Below, one piece after another: positions 28,601-39,100 of a stretch of 64,000 nt of DNA (positions within the stretch are counted from its first letter, which is position 1; each line of letters opens with the position of its first letter). The notes under the pieces were generated by a model. That model ran no database searches, had not been told where the DNA came from, and was given only the letters and a program-made list of their open reading frames with translations. The stretch is taken from the IMG/VR virus record IMGVR_UViG_3300026097_000876, positions 124,001 through 188,000 of that record, one strand, 5' to 3'. The position numbers were made by a program, and so were the translations under genes.

Positions 28601-30486
28601 ATAAGATCGATTACAAAGTTTAATGCAGCAACGTTCTGTGTTTCTGAGCCTATATCAAAAAAGTCACCATCTTCTTGATCTTTAATTGCTTGTGCAACTC
28701 TACGAGTTTCAACATTACCGCCGCGTTTTAGATCTATAATTAATGCGTCTGTTGCAAATCCAGCTAATCTTTCAAATTTAGCTTCATTGAAACTAAATCC
28801 AATAAAGAACGGATCGGTTTGTGTAATAATTTGTCTCTTAGCCCATTTTGCTGTTTCAAATGCAATAAACGTTCTATTAACTTCTAATAGATATGCAGCA
28901 TTAGGATTTTTAGGACCTTTTTCTATTTCTTCACACGCATAGCGGATCGTCTTCCAAGGTCTGTCTAAATTTGAACCATTTGTTGGATACGGAGTGTCGG
29001 TGCCATTTGTAGCTACATAGTAAACATCTGGTGTAGAAGAAAAGTCCTTCCACTCAGGAATACCGGTGCTTGCAACACTTAGTACTTGGCCTTCTGCGCC
29101 AATTGGCAATCTAGCTGGTCCTGAGCCACTATAGTAAAGTATGTCGCCTTCGGTTGTTAGTGCGCTTTCTTCAGCACCACTTGCTAAGTTGTTCCAAAAC
29201 TCACCCAATGAATCATTATCTGGACGATTGGCGGTTTCTGAAGTATGTGCGTCAACACAAACATAACTAATCAATCCATAACGTACAGCATCACCTGCAT
29301 CATATAATGTAGCTGTTGTCCAAGTATCTTTCCATTCAATACCTTGGTTTAATCTTGACCAGTAATTAGCATTTGGTGGACGCTGATTTTGGTGATCAGC
29401 TGTACACAAATAAGTATATCCGCCCAATCTTACTACATCGCCAATTCTATAGTCTTGATCGGTAGAATCTTCTCCCCAGTCTCCTCTAAGATTAAAGCCT
29501 GATGTAACTAATTCCCATTTTGAACTACCTGGAGGAAGTTCAGAAAAAACGTTGTCATTAGCAACATATTGGTTACCACCGTATGTTACAAAATCACCTG
29601 GTTGATATCTTTCGTATCCTGACCAAGTATTTTCAAACTCTAGTCCTGGAACAAATTTATCCCAATTAGCAATATCAGCTTGTAGCGTACCTAGCTGAGA
29701 ATCTGGATTGGTTGCTACTGAGGTATGTGCTGCTGTTGCAATCCAAAGTGTTGCACCATAAAGAGCAACATCGTTTACTTTATAACGTGTAGAATTTGTC
29801 CATTCGCCCTTATATTCAAAACCTCTGTTTAAATAATCCCATTTTCCTTGATCGTCTTCAAGGCCAAGTGCTTCGGTTGCGGCAGATGTGTGTCCGGTAT
29901 TACAAACATACAGTGTTCCGCCGTATTTTATAATATCATTAACTTTGTATCTTGTAGAAGTAGCCCAATTTTGTTTCCAGTCCTGGCCCTCGGAGAATAG
30001 ATCCCATTTGAGAATATCAGCTTCTAACCCTAATGCATCGGTAGCTGCTGCTGTATGACCAGTATTACAAAGATAAATGTTTCCGCCGTACTTAACCAAG
30101 TCGTTTGCTTTATAAACTGTAGCTGCAGTCCAAACATCTTTCCAGTCAATCGAAGTAGCAAATTGATCCCATTTGGCTTGATCGTCTTCAAGAACTGTTT
30201 GAGCCGAATGACCAGTATTACAAATATAAATAATACCACCATATCGTACGATATCATTTTCTTTATAAAAAGTTTCTGTAGTCCAGTCTGCTTTCCATTC
30301 AGTACCGTCACTAAATTTATTCCAGTGGTCTTCGTCATTGTAGAAATTAGAACTTGATGTGTGTCCTTGAACTGCTACATAGGTTCTGCCACCGTACCTA
30401 ATAACATCATCTTTTAAATATTCGGTAGAAGCAACCCATGCATCTTTCCAAATAAATCTAATTCTACCGAGTTTAAATTCTGCCAT
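25636..30486 (-). CDS. Giant virion structural protein (1616 aa) with N-terminal Trp repeats and beta-helix
   Basis: MAEFKLGRIRFIWK start; ~50-aa W...T.Y..ND.V.YGG..Y.C...HTS repeats; YYVATNGTD; NDFTQILSDGIG; FYTSTDQDGNFRVG. Confidence 0.8.
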   Translation of the reverse strand: MAEFKLGRIRFIWKDAWVASTEYLKDDVIRYGGRTYVAVQGHTSSSNFYNDEDHWNKFSDGTEWKADWTTETFYKENDIVRYGGIIYICNTGHSAQTVLEDDQAKWDQFATSIDWKDVWTAATVYKANDLVKYGGNIYLCNTGHTAAATDALGLEADILKWDLFSEGQDWKQNWATSTRYKVNDIIKYGGTLYVCNTGHTSAATEALGLEDDQGKWDYLNRGFEYKGEWTNSTRYKVNDVALYGATLWIATAAHTSVATNPDSQLGTLQADIANWDKFVPGLEFENTWSGYERYQPGDFVTYGGNQYVANDNVFSELPPGSSKWELVTSGFNLRGDWGEDSTDQDYRIGDVVRLGGYTYLCTADHQNQRPPNANYWSRLNQGIEWKDTWTTATLYDAGDAVRYGLISYVCVDAHTSETANRPDNDSLGEFWNNLASGAEESALTTEGDILYYSGSGPARLPIGAEGQVLSVASTGIPEWKDFSSTPDVYYVATNGTDTPYPTNGSNLDRPWKTIRYACEEIEKGPKNPNAAYLLEVNRTFIAFETAKWAKRQIITQTDPFFIGFSFNEAKFERLAGFATDALIIDLKRGGNVETRRVAQAIKDQEDGDFFDIGSETQNVAALNFVIDLIEDVLDNATPPADYQALDSVAANDRYLQIKDTTKPEESNALTELTANMEVITNAITLGGGYTLPTEVKNHKVVFVKTGTYREVLPIRVPERVAVVGDELRSTRVEPAGSVTDSGDTTYSLAGILHLKSIISDIVEGNDVTEQTGNTLTQDDSNPLSTTAVGTILSDLCQELYDKIDYEVNGASGDSTAPRFRGRNERVDDEDKFAAARLLMLNKDYMARDVTKYIEDNFPAYSFDTVACEKDVKHYVDAFIYDLIYGVSEGSNYATLMAGHIYGNSVNGSTLENMYLLRDATGIRNQTLGGLSGTLGSPNEYGTRRPSAGAYCSLDPGWGPDDDRVWILTRSPYVQGVSTFGTACVGLKVDGAIHNGGNDSIVANDFTQILSDGIGAWITNLGRAELVSIFSYYGHIGYLAENGGKIRGTNGNCSYGDHGAVSEFIDVTEIPVTGGVNNRKLEAQVGRGLTDGSEIIHLEYTNAGNNYSTATYTISGNGFGAVVDSANVVNGGIFEVRLRNPDDGSTFSENDTDSDGTLNDPDTQGGRGYTTASNTAQGGGVDSITLSNTETANNTKYIGMRIVITAGTGAGQYGIITAYNSGTKVASIAKESDLSAGWDNFHHSNSVETTLDATTAYTIEPRVEVVSESGSGAFVRAEVADERITQFYIVNPGSGYSNVTLPTLTITDPSETLTVPYEVRVGDGVLTQPTWSARGTDFETASATVDGDGYADSYQSANFLNVYGMSDIPTEGANLQLDGDDRFFKVVFVRELLGSPGNYTANLQVSPDLGIETAPEHGTNITIRRRYSQVRLTGHDFLDIGTGNFTETNYPGTPQYANDPNDEVKEFGGGRVFYTSTDQDGNFRVGRLFNVEQSTGSASLNTSAFSLAGLQELSLGAVGLGQGGAVINEFSTDGTMSANSDNVVPTQRAIITYINSQIGGGSSSLNVNAVTAGKINITGNTISTTDNSPITVTTGMNFNGGVSGSPVAFAYFMTSKT

Positions 30487-30513
30487 TTTTTGCTCCGTTC
30501 TTGGTATTATACA

Positions 30514-30520
30514 TATTTAT
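30514..30520 (-). promoter_or_regulatory. Late promoter (ATAAATA)
   Basis: 28 nt upstream of the 30486 start. Confidence 0.6.
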
Positions 30521-30522
30521 CA

Positions 30523-33500
30523 TCATCCGTTAAACTCGTCGCGTTCCATTCTACCACCTAAAAACATATTAAGTGCTTGTAAGCCGCCGCCGAGTGGTCC
30601 GTTAACAATAAACAATGGGTCAACTTGTGTCATTGCTTCTGCATTGTTTGATCCAGCTGTGTTTGACATGTTGTTGTCTTCTATTACTACCTGACCTGCT
30701 GTAAGTTGGTTAGTAAATAGATTTGATCCACCACCTGTGAATCTGTTTTCAATATATAATTTTAATGCTTGCATTGTTGGGATAATATTATCGCTGTTAG
30801 CAACAAACGTATTATCAGTACTAAATTCTCTAATAACAGCCTGTGTTCCGCCGACTCTAATGCCGCCTAGTCTAAGTTCGTCTAAGCCGTCTAAGTCAAA
30901 GAAATCAGCACTTAGAGTAACACCGCCCTGTGCTTGAGATACTCTAAACAATTCGCCAACACGATAGTTACCATCTTGGTCACTTGCTGTGTAAAACACT
31001 CGTCCGCCGTTTGATTCAACAACTTCGTTTGCTTGTACAGTATCGTTAGCAGCCGTTTGACCTTCAACATATAGTGCCGGATAGTTTGTATCTCCAAAGT
31101 TACCTGTACCAATGTCAAGGAAATCGTGTCCAGTAATTCTAACTTGTGAATATCTTTCACGTATAGTAGCTGTTGTATTATGTATTGGTGCGTTTGTTCT
31201 ACCTATTACCGGCGATATTTGGAAAGTAATACTAATGTTTGGAGCTGTACCTTGCTCAGTGTTCACTTTAACTAATCTATAAATTGTGCTATCGCCTTCA
31301 AACCTAACGTTAGCGCCTGGTCCTGGAACTAGACTTAATCCATTGAGTTTCATAGTATTACCAATTTGTAATTCTTCTCCAAATCCATCTCCAGAAATTG
31401 TTACAATTGCACTTTGATACCCAGTTCCTCGATTATAATAAATCGGTTGCGGTAAAACTCCGCTGTTAATATCAACTGTAAAGTATGGTTCGCCGAACTC
31501 TTCAGGATCTTCAATTGTTACTGTGGGATCTACTACATATCCTGAACCAGGATCATAAATTTTAAATAACGATAATCTTCCGTTAGTTACTTCGACCCTA
31601 GCAAATGCCTTTGCTCCGCCAGTAATAAGACTACCAGTAGTTGATTGTTCATTTAAACACACAAAGGATGGAACACCTGCATTAACTCCACCTGCAATAC
31701 CAGTAGAGTTATTATTAGTAGGTCTAATTTTCCAATAATATCCGTTGTCCGAACTTAGCGTAGTTCCTGTCGCACTTACAGCTACAAACACACCTTGAGA
31801 ATATCCAACTCTCCAATCTTCTCTACCTGAGTCGCCAACAAGTCCTGAATCACTCCAACTAGTTCCGTTCGAACTGTATATAATTCTATCTGAATTATCC
31901 ATTGCTGCAACCCAGCAATTGTTACCAAAAATTATGTCTGAATATACTTCTGGACTTGATGGTGTAACCGCTGCTCCCGTAGACCAAGTAGAACCATTGT
32001 CTGTAGATATAACTGTGGTTCCGTCTTCGGCTAATGCAATCCATTTTCCTGCACCGTATGCAAGTCCGACCCAGTCAGTGCTGCTAGCACCTGTTGCTAC
32101 TGTTGCCCAATTACTGTTTGGTACTACTGTTGAATCTTCTGCTGTAGTTAGTGTGTTAATATATATATTTGCATCGCCGGTAGCAATAGCCATAATCTTA
32201 TCATTGTTTTCTCCACCAATTGCAACTTTTTTCCAAGTTGTTGATAATGGCAATGTTGAGTGATCAAACGATATACCGTCATTCGAAAATACAAGACGAT
32301 CAGATCCGTCAGCAACCGCTGCCATTACAGGTCCATTTTTAGCAAATGAAACATAACTTAATCCGTAATCTGTATCTCTTTCAGTCCAAACGCTAGTGTC
32401 TGACGAAACATAAAAACTAGATACACCTGTAGGAGCATAATACCATTGGCCCAAACTATCACTGTATCCGATATCGTGTGCGCCTAACTGTACTGGACGA
32501 TCTGCTTTTGCAAATGTTGGTTCTGAAATTGTAACTCTAGGCTCATAATCGTAAACGGTAGTAGGATCAAGATTAGTAGCATTTACTTTACCCGGAACAA
32601 TATTGTCCCATCCAGGTTGATCATCTGAATCTCTATAAACTGTTGCAACCTTAGTTACTTCGTTGTAGCTTTGAATATATCCATACTGGCCGGCACCTAG
32701 TCCTTCCTTAATTAGAATTCTCATTCCTAATAACTGAGCTTCCGTTCTTACTTCTGATGCAGCTAACGTAATACTACTTAAATCTCCGTCTTGAGCTGTG
32801 TTAGAGAACGATTTAAATCCTTCTCCGCCTACGTTTGTACTATCGTCTGGTAAGGCTAAATCAATTTTTGAAAGAGCATTGACTCTAATTTCTTCAAAGC
32901 GCATATCAAGATCAGTACCCGATGCTTGACTAACTGTAGAAGATGCTGTAGTATATTGTTGTCCAGTATTTTTGTATGCAAGAGCTAAAATTTGCGAACC
33001 AGTACTAAACACTTCATCTATATTTGCTTCTCCACTTTGGTTATCTACAGTTGCAGTTTGTGGCGTCTCAGTACTATCAAATCCTTCTGAAACACTACCA
33101 AATTTTCCGTATGAGTTGTTACCATTTGCTGAACGTAGAATACCACCGTTTTCAGCTAAGTATCCAATGTGGCAATAATAAGTGAATACAGAAACAAGTT
33201 CTGAACGCCCTCTATTTGTTGCCCAATATCCAATTCCGTCACTAATTACTTGTGTAAAATCGTTAGCAACAATTGATCTGTTACCACCGTTATGTAATGC
33301 ACCGTCAATTTTCATACCAACGCAATTTTCACCAATTGCTGTTACACCCTGTACATACGTTGATTTACTTGAAACCCAAACACTTTGATCATCAGGGCCT
33401 GTTCCTGGATCTAGAGACACAAACGCATTTCCTGGAATAGGTCTTGCTGTTCCGTAATCATTGTTTCCGCCTAATGTACCTGTTAGATCCTTAAATGTTA

Positions 33501-35439
33501 AATTTCTAATACCGCATCCGTTTCTAACATAAAACATATCTCGTCTATTATTATCATCTGGTATTGAAAGAGGTTCTGGATTAGGATCTGCAACAGTTCT
33601 TTCGCCTAGTACAACATCACGTTGTGCATCAGCAGGTCTAACAGTAGTTGATCTTAACTCCGATCCAACTAATGCTACTTTACTAGGAATACTAATAGGT
33701 AATAATTCTGCAAAGTCTCCAGCCATTACTTTTACTGTAGCTCCGTCACCTACTCGATTGATTTCATCTTCTAGCAAATAATTCATTGCAAATCTAATAG
33801 TTCTAAATGGTGCGTTTAGCGTACCGCCTTGTGACTTGTCGTCGATACCATTTCTAGAAACATAAAAAACATTTTCTATTAGATCTAAACTATCCCATGT
33901 TGGCATCCCATTCGTTGATCTAATTACTTGCCCTGTAGTACCAATAGCTAAACGTTGTGTATCAATAGCGGTAGAATCTTGGTCTTCGAAAGTTTTAAGA
34001 TCTCCTAACTTTGCAAGTTTATTAGTACGTGTGCCTAAGATCATAATTTTCCAATAATTTTGATCTGGTTGTTCAACGTCAAGATCTGGTCTAGATGCAG
34101 ATTCTGTTGATCTATGATAGGTCAAACATACGTATGATGTGCCTTGCCATGTAACAATATCTCCTTCAAAATATTCCTGATCGTCTTCCCACGTATTTTT
34201 AAACTGTCTACCATCGATAACTTTTTCCCAATATGAAGGATATTGATCTGGTTGGAGATTAGTATTGTCTTGAATGGCAATATATAAACTACCACTATGT
34301 CTAACAAGATCACCAGTGCGATAATCTAAAAAGCTACTTGTTCCGTCTTCGCCGTTCCAGTCGTCTCTAAACTTGTAACCTTCAAATGTTAAGTTCCAAT
34401 CTAAAGAATTTTGACTAGGAGGAAGTGCTACGTTAAAACTAAGTGATTTATAAATGTAACCGCCGTATAATACTAGATCATTTGGTTGATAATAAACATT
34501 ATCTGCCCAAGTATTTTCGTATTCTGATCCAGGCAAATATGTAGTCCATTTGCTTGTTCCGTAATCTGTATTAAATCCTTCATCACCTTCTGTTGAAGTG
34601 TGCCCAGCTAGGCACTTCATTAGGTTGCCGCCGCGTTTTACAATATCATTTTTCTTATATCTATATGCTTCTTGCCATTCGCCAGTAACAGTATCATCGT
34701 CTAAAATTCTAGTTACGTACTCGATACCGTCAATTTGTATTTCCCACTTAGATTGATCTTCTTCGAGACCTAATTCAGGGTTATCAGCCGAGGTATGACC
34801 AGTGATACACTTATAAACAATACCGCCATATTTTACAATATCATTTTCACGATAACGTGTACCAATTGACCAAGTAGCTTTCCATGTGTCACTATCTGAC
34901 AATACAGTCCAGTCGTTTTGATTAGCTTCGAGACCAAGTGCTGTTGTTGCGGCTGAAACGTGCTGTGCTGTTGCTTTGTAAACTTTACCGTTATATCTTA
35001 CAAGATCGTTAATTCTATAAAGTGTATTAATGGTCCAGTTATATTTCCAATCTGCTGACGAAACAGCAACTAGTTTCCATTTTCCGATGTCAGCAACTAG
35101 ACCGTCTGTTCCTGAAACAAAGGTTGCAGAAGAGGTATGTGATTCAGTACACTCATATACACTAGCACCATATTTTACAATATTACCAACAGCATATATT
35201 GTGCTAACTGTCCAGTCTCCTAACCAAACTTTACCTTCAGATTGCTTTTTCCATTTTGGACTTGCAGGCGTAACATCGGTGCCTGCTAAATCATTATAAA
35301 ATGTAGCACCTGTGTGAGTTCGTAGGCATACATAGGTAAAACCTTTGTATGAAACCATATCGTCAATGATATAATCGTTTCCTCCGGACCATTCGCCCTT
35401 CCAATTAAATCTGATTCTACTTAGTTTAAATTCTGCCAT
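30523..35439 (-). CDS. Giant virion structural protein (1638 aa), paralog of 25636-30486
   Basis: MAEFKLSRIRFNWK start; same repeats and motifs (FYVSRNGIDD, NDFTQVISDGIG, TGHDFLDIGTGNF, SDQDGNYRVG); has an additional beta-propeller-like insertion (YGAGKWIA, FGNNCWVA, YSQGVFVA repeats). Confidence 0.8.
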   Translation of the reverse strand: MAEFKLSRIRFNWKGEWSGGNDYIIDDMVSYKGFTYVCLRTHTGATFYNDLAGTDVTPASPKWKKQSEGKVWLGDWTVSTIYAVGNIVKYGASVYECTESHTSSATFVSGTDGLVADIGKWKLVAVSSADWKYNWTINTLYRINDLVRYNGKVYKATAQHVSAATTALGLEANQNDWTVLSDSDTWKATWSIGTRYRENDIVKYGGIVYKCITGHTSADNPELGLEEDQSKWEIQIDGIEYVTRILDDDTVTGEWQEAYRYKKNDIVKRGGNLMKCLAGHTSTEGDEGFNTDYGTSKWTTYLPGSEYENTWADNVYYQPNDLVLYGGYIYKSLSFNVALPPSQNSLDWNLTFEGYKFRDDWNGEDGTSSFLDYRTGDLVRHSGSLYIAIQDNTNLQPDQYPSYWEKVIDGRQFKNTWEDDQEYFEGDIVTWQGTSYVCLTYHRSTESASRPDLDVEQPDQNYWKIMILGTRTNKLAKLGDLKTFEDQDSTAIDTQRLAIGTTGQVIRSTNGMPTWDSLDLIENVFYVSRNGIDDKSQGGTLNAPFRTIRFAMNYLLEDEINRVGDGATVKVMAGDFAELLPISIPSKVALVGSELRSTTVRPADAQRDVVLGERTVADPNPEPLSIPDDNNRRDMFYVRNGCGIRNLTFKDLTGTLGGNNDYGTARPIPGNAFVSLDPGTGPDDQSVWVSSKSTYVQGVTAIGENCVGMKIDGALHNGGNRSIVANDFTQVISDGIGYWATNRGRSELVSVFTYYCHIGYLAENGGILRSANGNNSYGKFGSVSEGFDSTETPQTATVDNQSGEANIDEVFSTGSQILALAYKNTGQQYTTASSTVSQASGTDLDMRFEEIRVNALSKIDLALPDDSTNVGGEGFKSFSNTAQDGDLSSITLAASEVRTEAQLLGMRILIKEGLGAGQYGYIQSYNEVTKVATVYRDSDDQPGWDNIVPGKVNATNLDPTTVYDYEPRVTISEPTFAKADRPVQLGAHDIGYSDSLGQWYYAPTGVSSFYVSSDTSVWTERDTDYGLSYVSFAKNGPVMAAVADGSDRLVFSNDGISFDHSTLPLSTTWKKVAIGGENNDKIMAIATGDANIYINTLTTAEDSTVVPNSNWATVATGASSTDWVGLAYGAGKWIALAEDGTTVISTDNGSTWSTGAAVTPSSPEVYSDIIFGNNCWVAAMDNSDRIIYSSNGTSWSDSGLVGDSGREDWRVGYSQGVFVAVSATGTTLSSDNGYYWKIRPTNNNSTGIAGGVNAGVPSFVCLNEQSTTGSLITGGAKAFARVEVTNGRLSLFKIYDPGSGYVVDPTVTIEDPEEFGEPYFTVDINSGVLPQPIYYNRGTGYQSAIVTISGDGFGEELQIGNTMKLNGLSLVPGPGANVRFEGDSTIYRLVKVNTEQGTAPNISITFQISPVIGRTNAPIHNTTATIRERYSQVRITGHDFLDIGTGNFGDTNYPALYVEGQTAANDTVQANEVVESNGGRVFYTASDQDGNYRVGELFRVSQAQGGVTLSADFFDLDGLDELRLGGIRVGGTQAVIREFSTDNTFVANSDNIIPTMQALKLYIENRFTGGGSNLFTNQLTAGQVVIEDNNMSNTAGSNNAEAMTQVDPLFIVNGPLGGGLQALNMFLGGRMERDEFNG

Positions 35440-35462
35440 TTTTTCAACCTTTTACGTATTTA

Positions 35463-35825
35463 TTATACTCCTGCTGGGTAAGTATAACCTTCGTTTATTC
35501 TTGCAACTAAGTTGCCGCTATCATCAATATAATAATTAATGTTTCTATTATCCCATTTAAACTGTTCATAATTTAAATTTGGATATAATCTTTTGTGATT
35601 AACATCTCTACCTTCAAAAAAGTCTTCACCTTGTACAAAGTCTTCATAATTGTCAGTAGGATCACCTTCTAAATTTATTTGCACACTGTCATTACTTTGT
35701 AATTGATCTACTTTTGCAATGAAAAGATCTCCGTCGTCTGTTCTACGTAGCCCATAAAAGTATCTTGCATCGGTTTGGTTAACCAATTCTGCAATACTTT
35801 GCCCCATGAAATTTCCATCTGCCAT
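35463..35825 (-). CDS. Hypothetical protein (120 aa)
   Basis: Intact ORF coupled to its upstream neighbour within the structural operon. Confidence 0.6.
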   Translation of the reverse strand: MADGNFMGQSIAELVNQTDARYFYGLRRTDDGDLFIAKVDQLQSNDSVQINLEGDPTDNYEDFVQGEDFFEGRDVNHKRLYPNLNYEQFKWDNRNINYYIDDSGNLVARINEGYTYPAGV

Positions 35826-36154
35826 TATACAATCTCCACAATACTTAGAATAACATCAACTGCTGATGTGTTGTCTGATGTTACATACAAAACGTTATTT
35901 GCATCTAAAACAATTTTTTCGCCCTTGCCGATAGGTTTTAAACTAGTGTTTGGCGGAATAGGCATATCTTTAACCATTACGCCAATATTACTTCCTTCGT
36001 CGCCAATTTCAATAGTAGTGTTTACCATTCCATCTGTAAGATTAGCAATATTCATCCCTATAACAGTTGTACTAGTAGCCGGAGGAACAGTGTAGACTGC
36101 TACACGTTCTGTACCTATTTCTTTTCCAATAACATTTTTAAAATTAGTTGCCAT
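35825..36154 (-). CDS. Small virion protein, YTVP family (109 aa)
   Basis: VYTVPPATSTTVIGMNIAN...KIVL motif. Confidence 0.65.
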   Translation of the reverse strand: MATNFKNVIGKEIGTERVAVYTVPPATSTTVIGMNIANLTDGMVNTTIEIGDEGSNIGVMVKDMPIPPNTSLKPIGKGEKIVLDANNVLYVTSDNTSAVDVILSIVEIV

Positions 36155-36164
36155 GTTTCTTTTC

Positions 36165-39100
36165 CTATATTGTCAATGCAAGTTTAATAGCAATATCTTC
36201 TGCATCATTAAATGTAACAGCACCTGTTGCACCCGCTACTGACACCCAGTTGTTTGAAATATCATAAATTTCAACTCTATCTTCAACGCTGTTATATCTC
36301 ATCATTCCAGTTTCTGGAGTAGGATGTCTGTTTGCATTTGTTCCTACAGGAATAACAAATCCGCCATTACCTTCGACTTTAAAATAACCTGTTCCACTTT
36401 GTTTGAGTGTTGTAACAGCGCCGTCTACAATATTAGTTATCTGATTTCCGTTAAAACTAAAGTTTTCAACACTAACATAACCGTTGCCGTTTGCTCTTAA
36501 AATTAAATCTTCGTTTGTAGTAATTGTTTCTAAAACATTTCCACTTATTGCAATATCGTCAACTTCTAGCCTTTGAATATCAAATCTTTGCGCTGTTACG
36601 TCAGCAACAAGTGATCCACCTGCATAAAATCTTAGAGTATCATCGTCTGCGCCAGGTGTTAGTTCAGGAGTAATATATGTATCGCGATCTTCGTCAAATA
36701 CTCCACCTAACTGAATCCATTGTCCGTCATATGCTTCAAAAACATTTGCATCAGTATTATAACGAATCATACCTGTGTCTGGGGATCCAGGACGTTCTGC
36801 TGTAGAACCTTTTGGTAATATAACAGCACCGGTACTGTCGACTACTACAGTTTCACTACTAGGATCAAGAACAATATCTCCTGAATTATTAGCAATAATA
36901 TTATTACTAAAATCTAGATCATCAATTATAATGGATCCTGTTCCGTTAGCTGTAAAATTAATGTTTCCATTACTTGCATCAGTTGTAATAGTGTCGTTAT
37001 CAATTATGATATCATCTATTACAGCTCGACCAACATTAAGTTCTGACCAAGCGAGTGTAGTTGTACCAAGATCATAAGTATTATCTGCTGCAGGAATAAT
37101 ATCACTGTCAATTTGTGCATTTATTTGAATAGTATCAGTGTCTTCGTCGCCTAGTGTAATGTTTCCGCCAACAGTAACATTTCCTGCTACATCTAAGTTG
37201 CCAGTAATATTAACATCGTCTAATAAATTAATTGTTCCTGCGGAACTGTTAATATTAATATCGCCACTAGTACTACTAATAGTATTTCCACTAATTCTAA
37301 TATTGCCCGCTTCGACCTTTGTTCCGTCAATTATTGTAGTGTTTACACCGTCAGTAAATGTAATACCTTGGTTGTTATTAAACAAAAATTCAGCATTAGT
37401 AAATGTTACTTCGCCTGTTTGTTGATTAATTCTAAATAAATCTCCTACACGAAAATCACCTTTATGGTCTACTGTGCTAAAATAAATGTTTGCATCATTA
37501 AGTGCAACAACTTCATCCTCTTGATCAACTAATGTATCATCATTTGTAACATCTTTACCTGTTCCAATATATGCAAGATTCATTCCAATTGCATATACTA
37601 CACATCCCGGTCCGTCACCGTATATTCCGTAATTTCCATATACGCTTGCACTTGCAATGCTTCTAATTTCGCCGCCGAAATCACTCTGATCAATAAGAGT
37701 TAATGCTGTTGCTGTGCCGCCGCCGCTAAATTCAATGTCTTGAATAAACGTGTCGTCGTCGATAATAATTTGTGATCCATCATCTCCGTCAAAGGATAAT
37801 TTTAAAACTGTATATTGATCAACTGCGGTGGCGGCAGATGGAGCTGTAAATGCTGTTGAAACTCCTATACCTTTTCTAACACGAAAATCATCAATTCTTC
37901 CAGCCCACGGATCGGTTGTAGTATATGTTCCGCCTATTGATAAAGGTTTTGTTGTTCCTAAGTCTGTGCTGTCTGTAGCTGTTGCTTCGAGTGACCCGTC
38001 AACAAATAGTCTAATATCAGTACCAACTCTAGATACCATAATATGATAAAAAGTTGTATTAACAAGTGTTATTGCTGGTGCAAGAATAATAGTATTACCA
38101 ATTGCTACTTTAGGTGCCGTGTCTACTGTGTATAATCTTAATGCATTATCTGTATCAGATCCTGCTCTAAAATCAAACATTGTTTCAGTACCTAAGTCGT
38201 CACTGATATAAATCCATCCTTCAACACTAAAGTCTCCAGTGCCAAAACCAAAATCTGTTGAAGTAGTTGTTGTAAACTTGTCGCCAATACCATCAAATAA
38301 TGCAATTCCTGTTCCGTACTTAACAGGAGAACTTGTAACAGTTTGTGCATTGCCCACCGCTGTAATTGTTTTTCTTGCTCTACTCAAAGGCTTAATAAAT
38401 CCAGTAGCTTTACCGTCGATAATAACAGTGTCAGTATCAACGCTTTCAATGGTTGATTGAGCAAGTTGTGTTCCATCTGCGTCGCTAAGTGTAATAGTTT
38501 CTCCTGCTACTGGAGCACTTCCGCTTAACCCGCTGTATTTAATTTTTGTTTTACCATCGCTTTTTAAGCCTGTAGATCCATCGACAATATCGATACCTTT
38601 ATCTGCAAAATATGTAAAACAGTTTAACCATTCTACTCTACCGCCGTTAGTAACACGCAGTCCACTAGCATTTGGTGTAATAAATGTTACACTATGGAAA
38701 AGCATTGATGCTTCTCTAGAACTTTCGTCTGCAATTGCACCGTCTACTAATGCACCGCGGCCAGCATCGCCAGCATCGAATCCTCTAGGATCTTGGGTAG
38801 TTAGTGTTGTTCCTTTTGTTATAACGCTAACGTCTCTAATATAAGGACTTCTTTGATATATTCTTACGTTGTTTACAAAACGGAATGCATATCCCGTGTC
38901 TGCTCCGCTATTATAATAAAAATCTTTAACAGTTATGTTCTCAACGGCTGTATCGCCGTTTAATAAAAACGCATCGTTACTTTGTGTTCCGCTAGTAGGA
39001 GAAACTGATACTGATCGTATACCGTGTCCTTTAACTGTAACTCCTAATGGCACTGTTAACGGAAACGCTTCTTGATATTCGCCCGGGTAAACATAGACAG

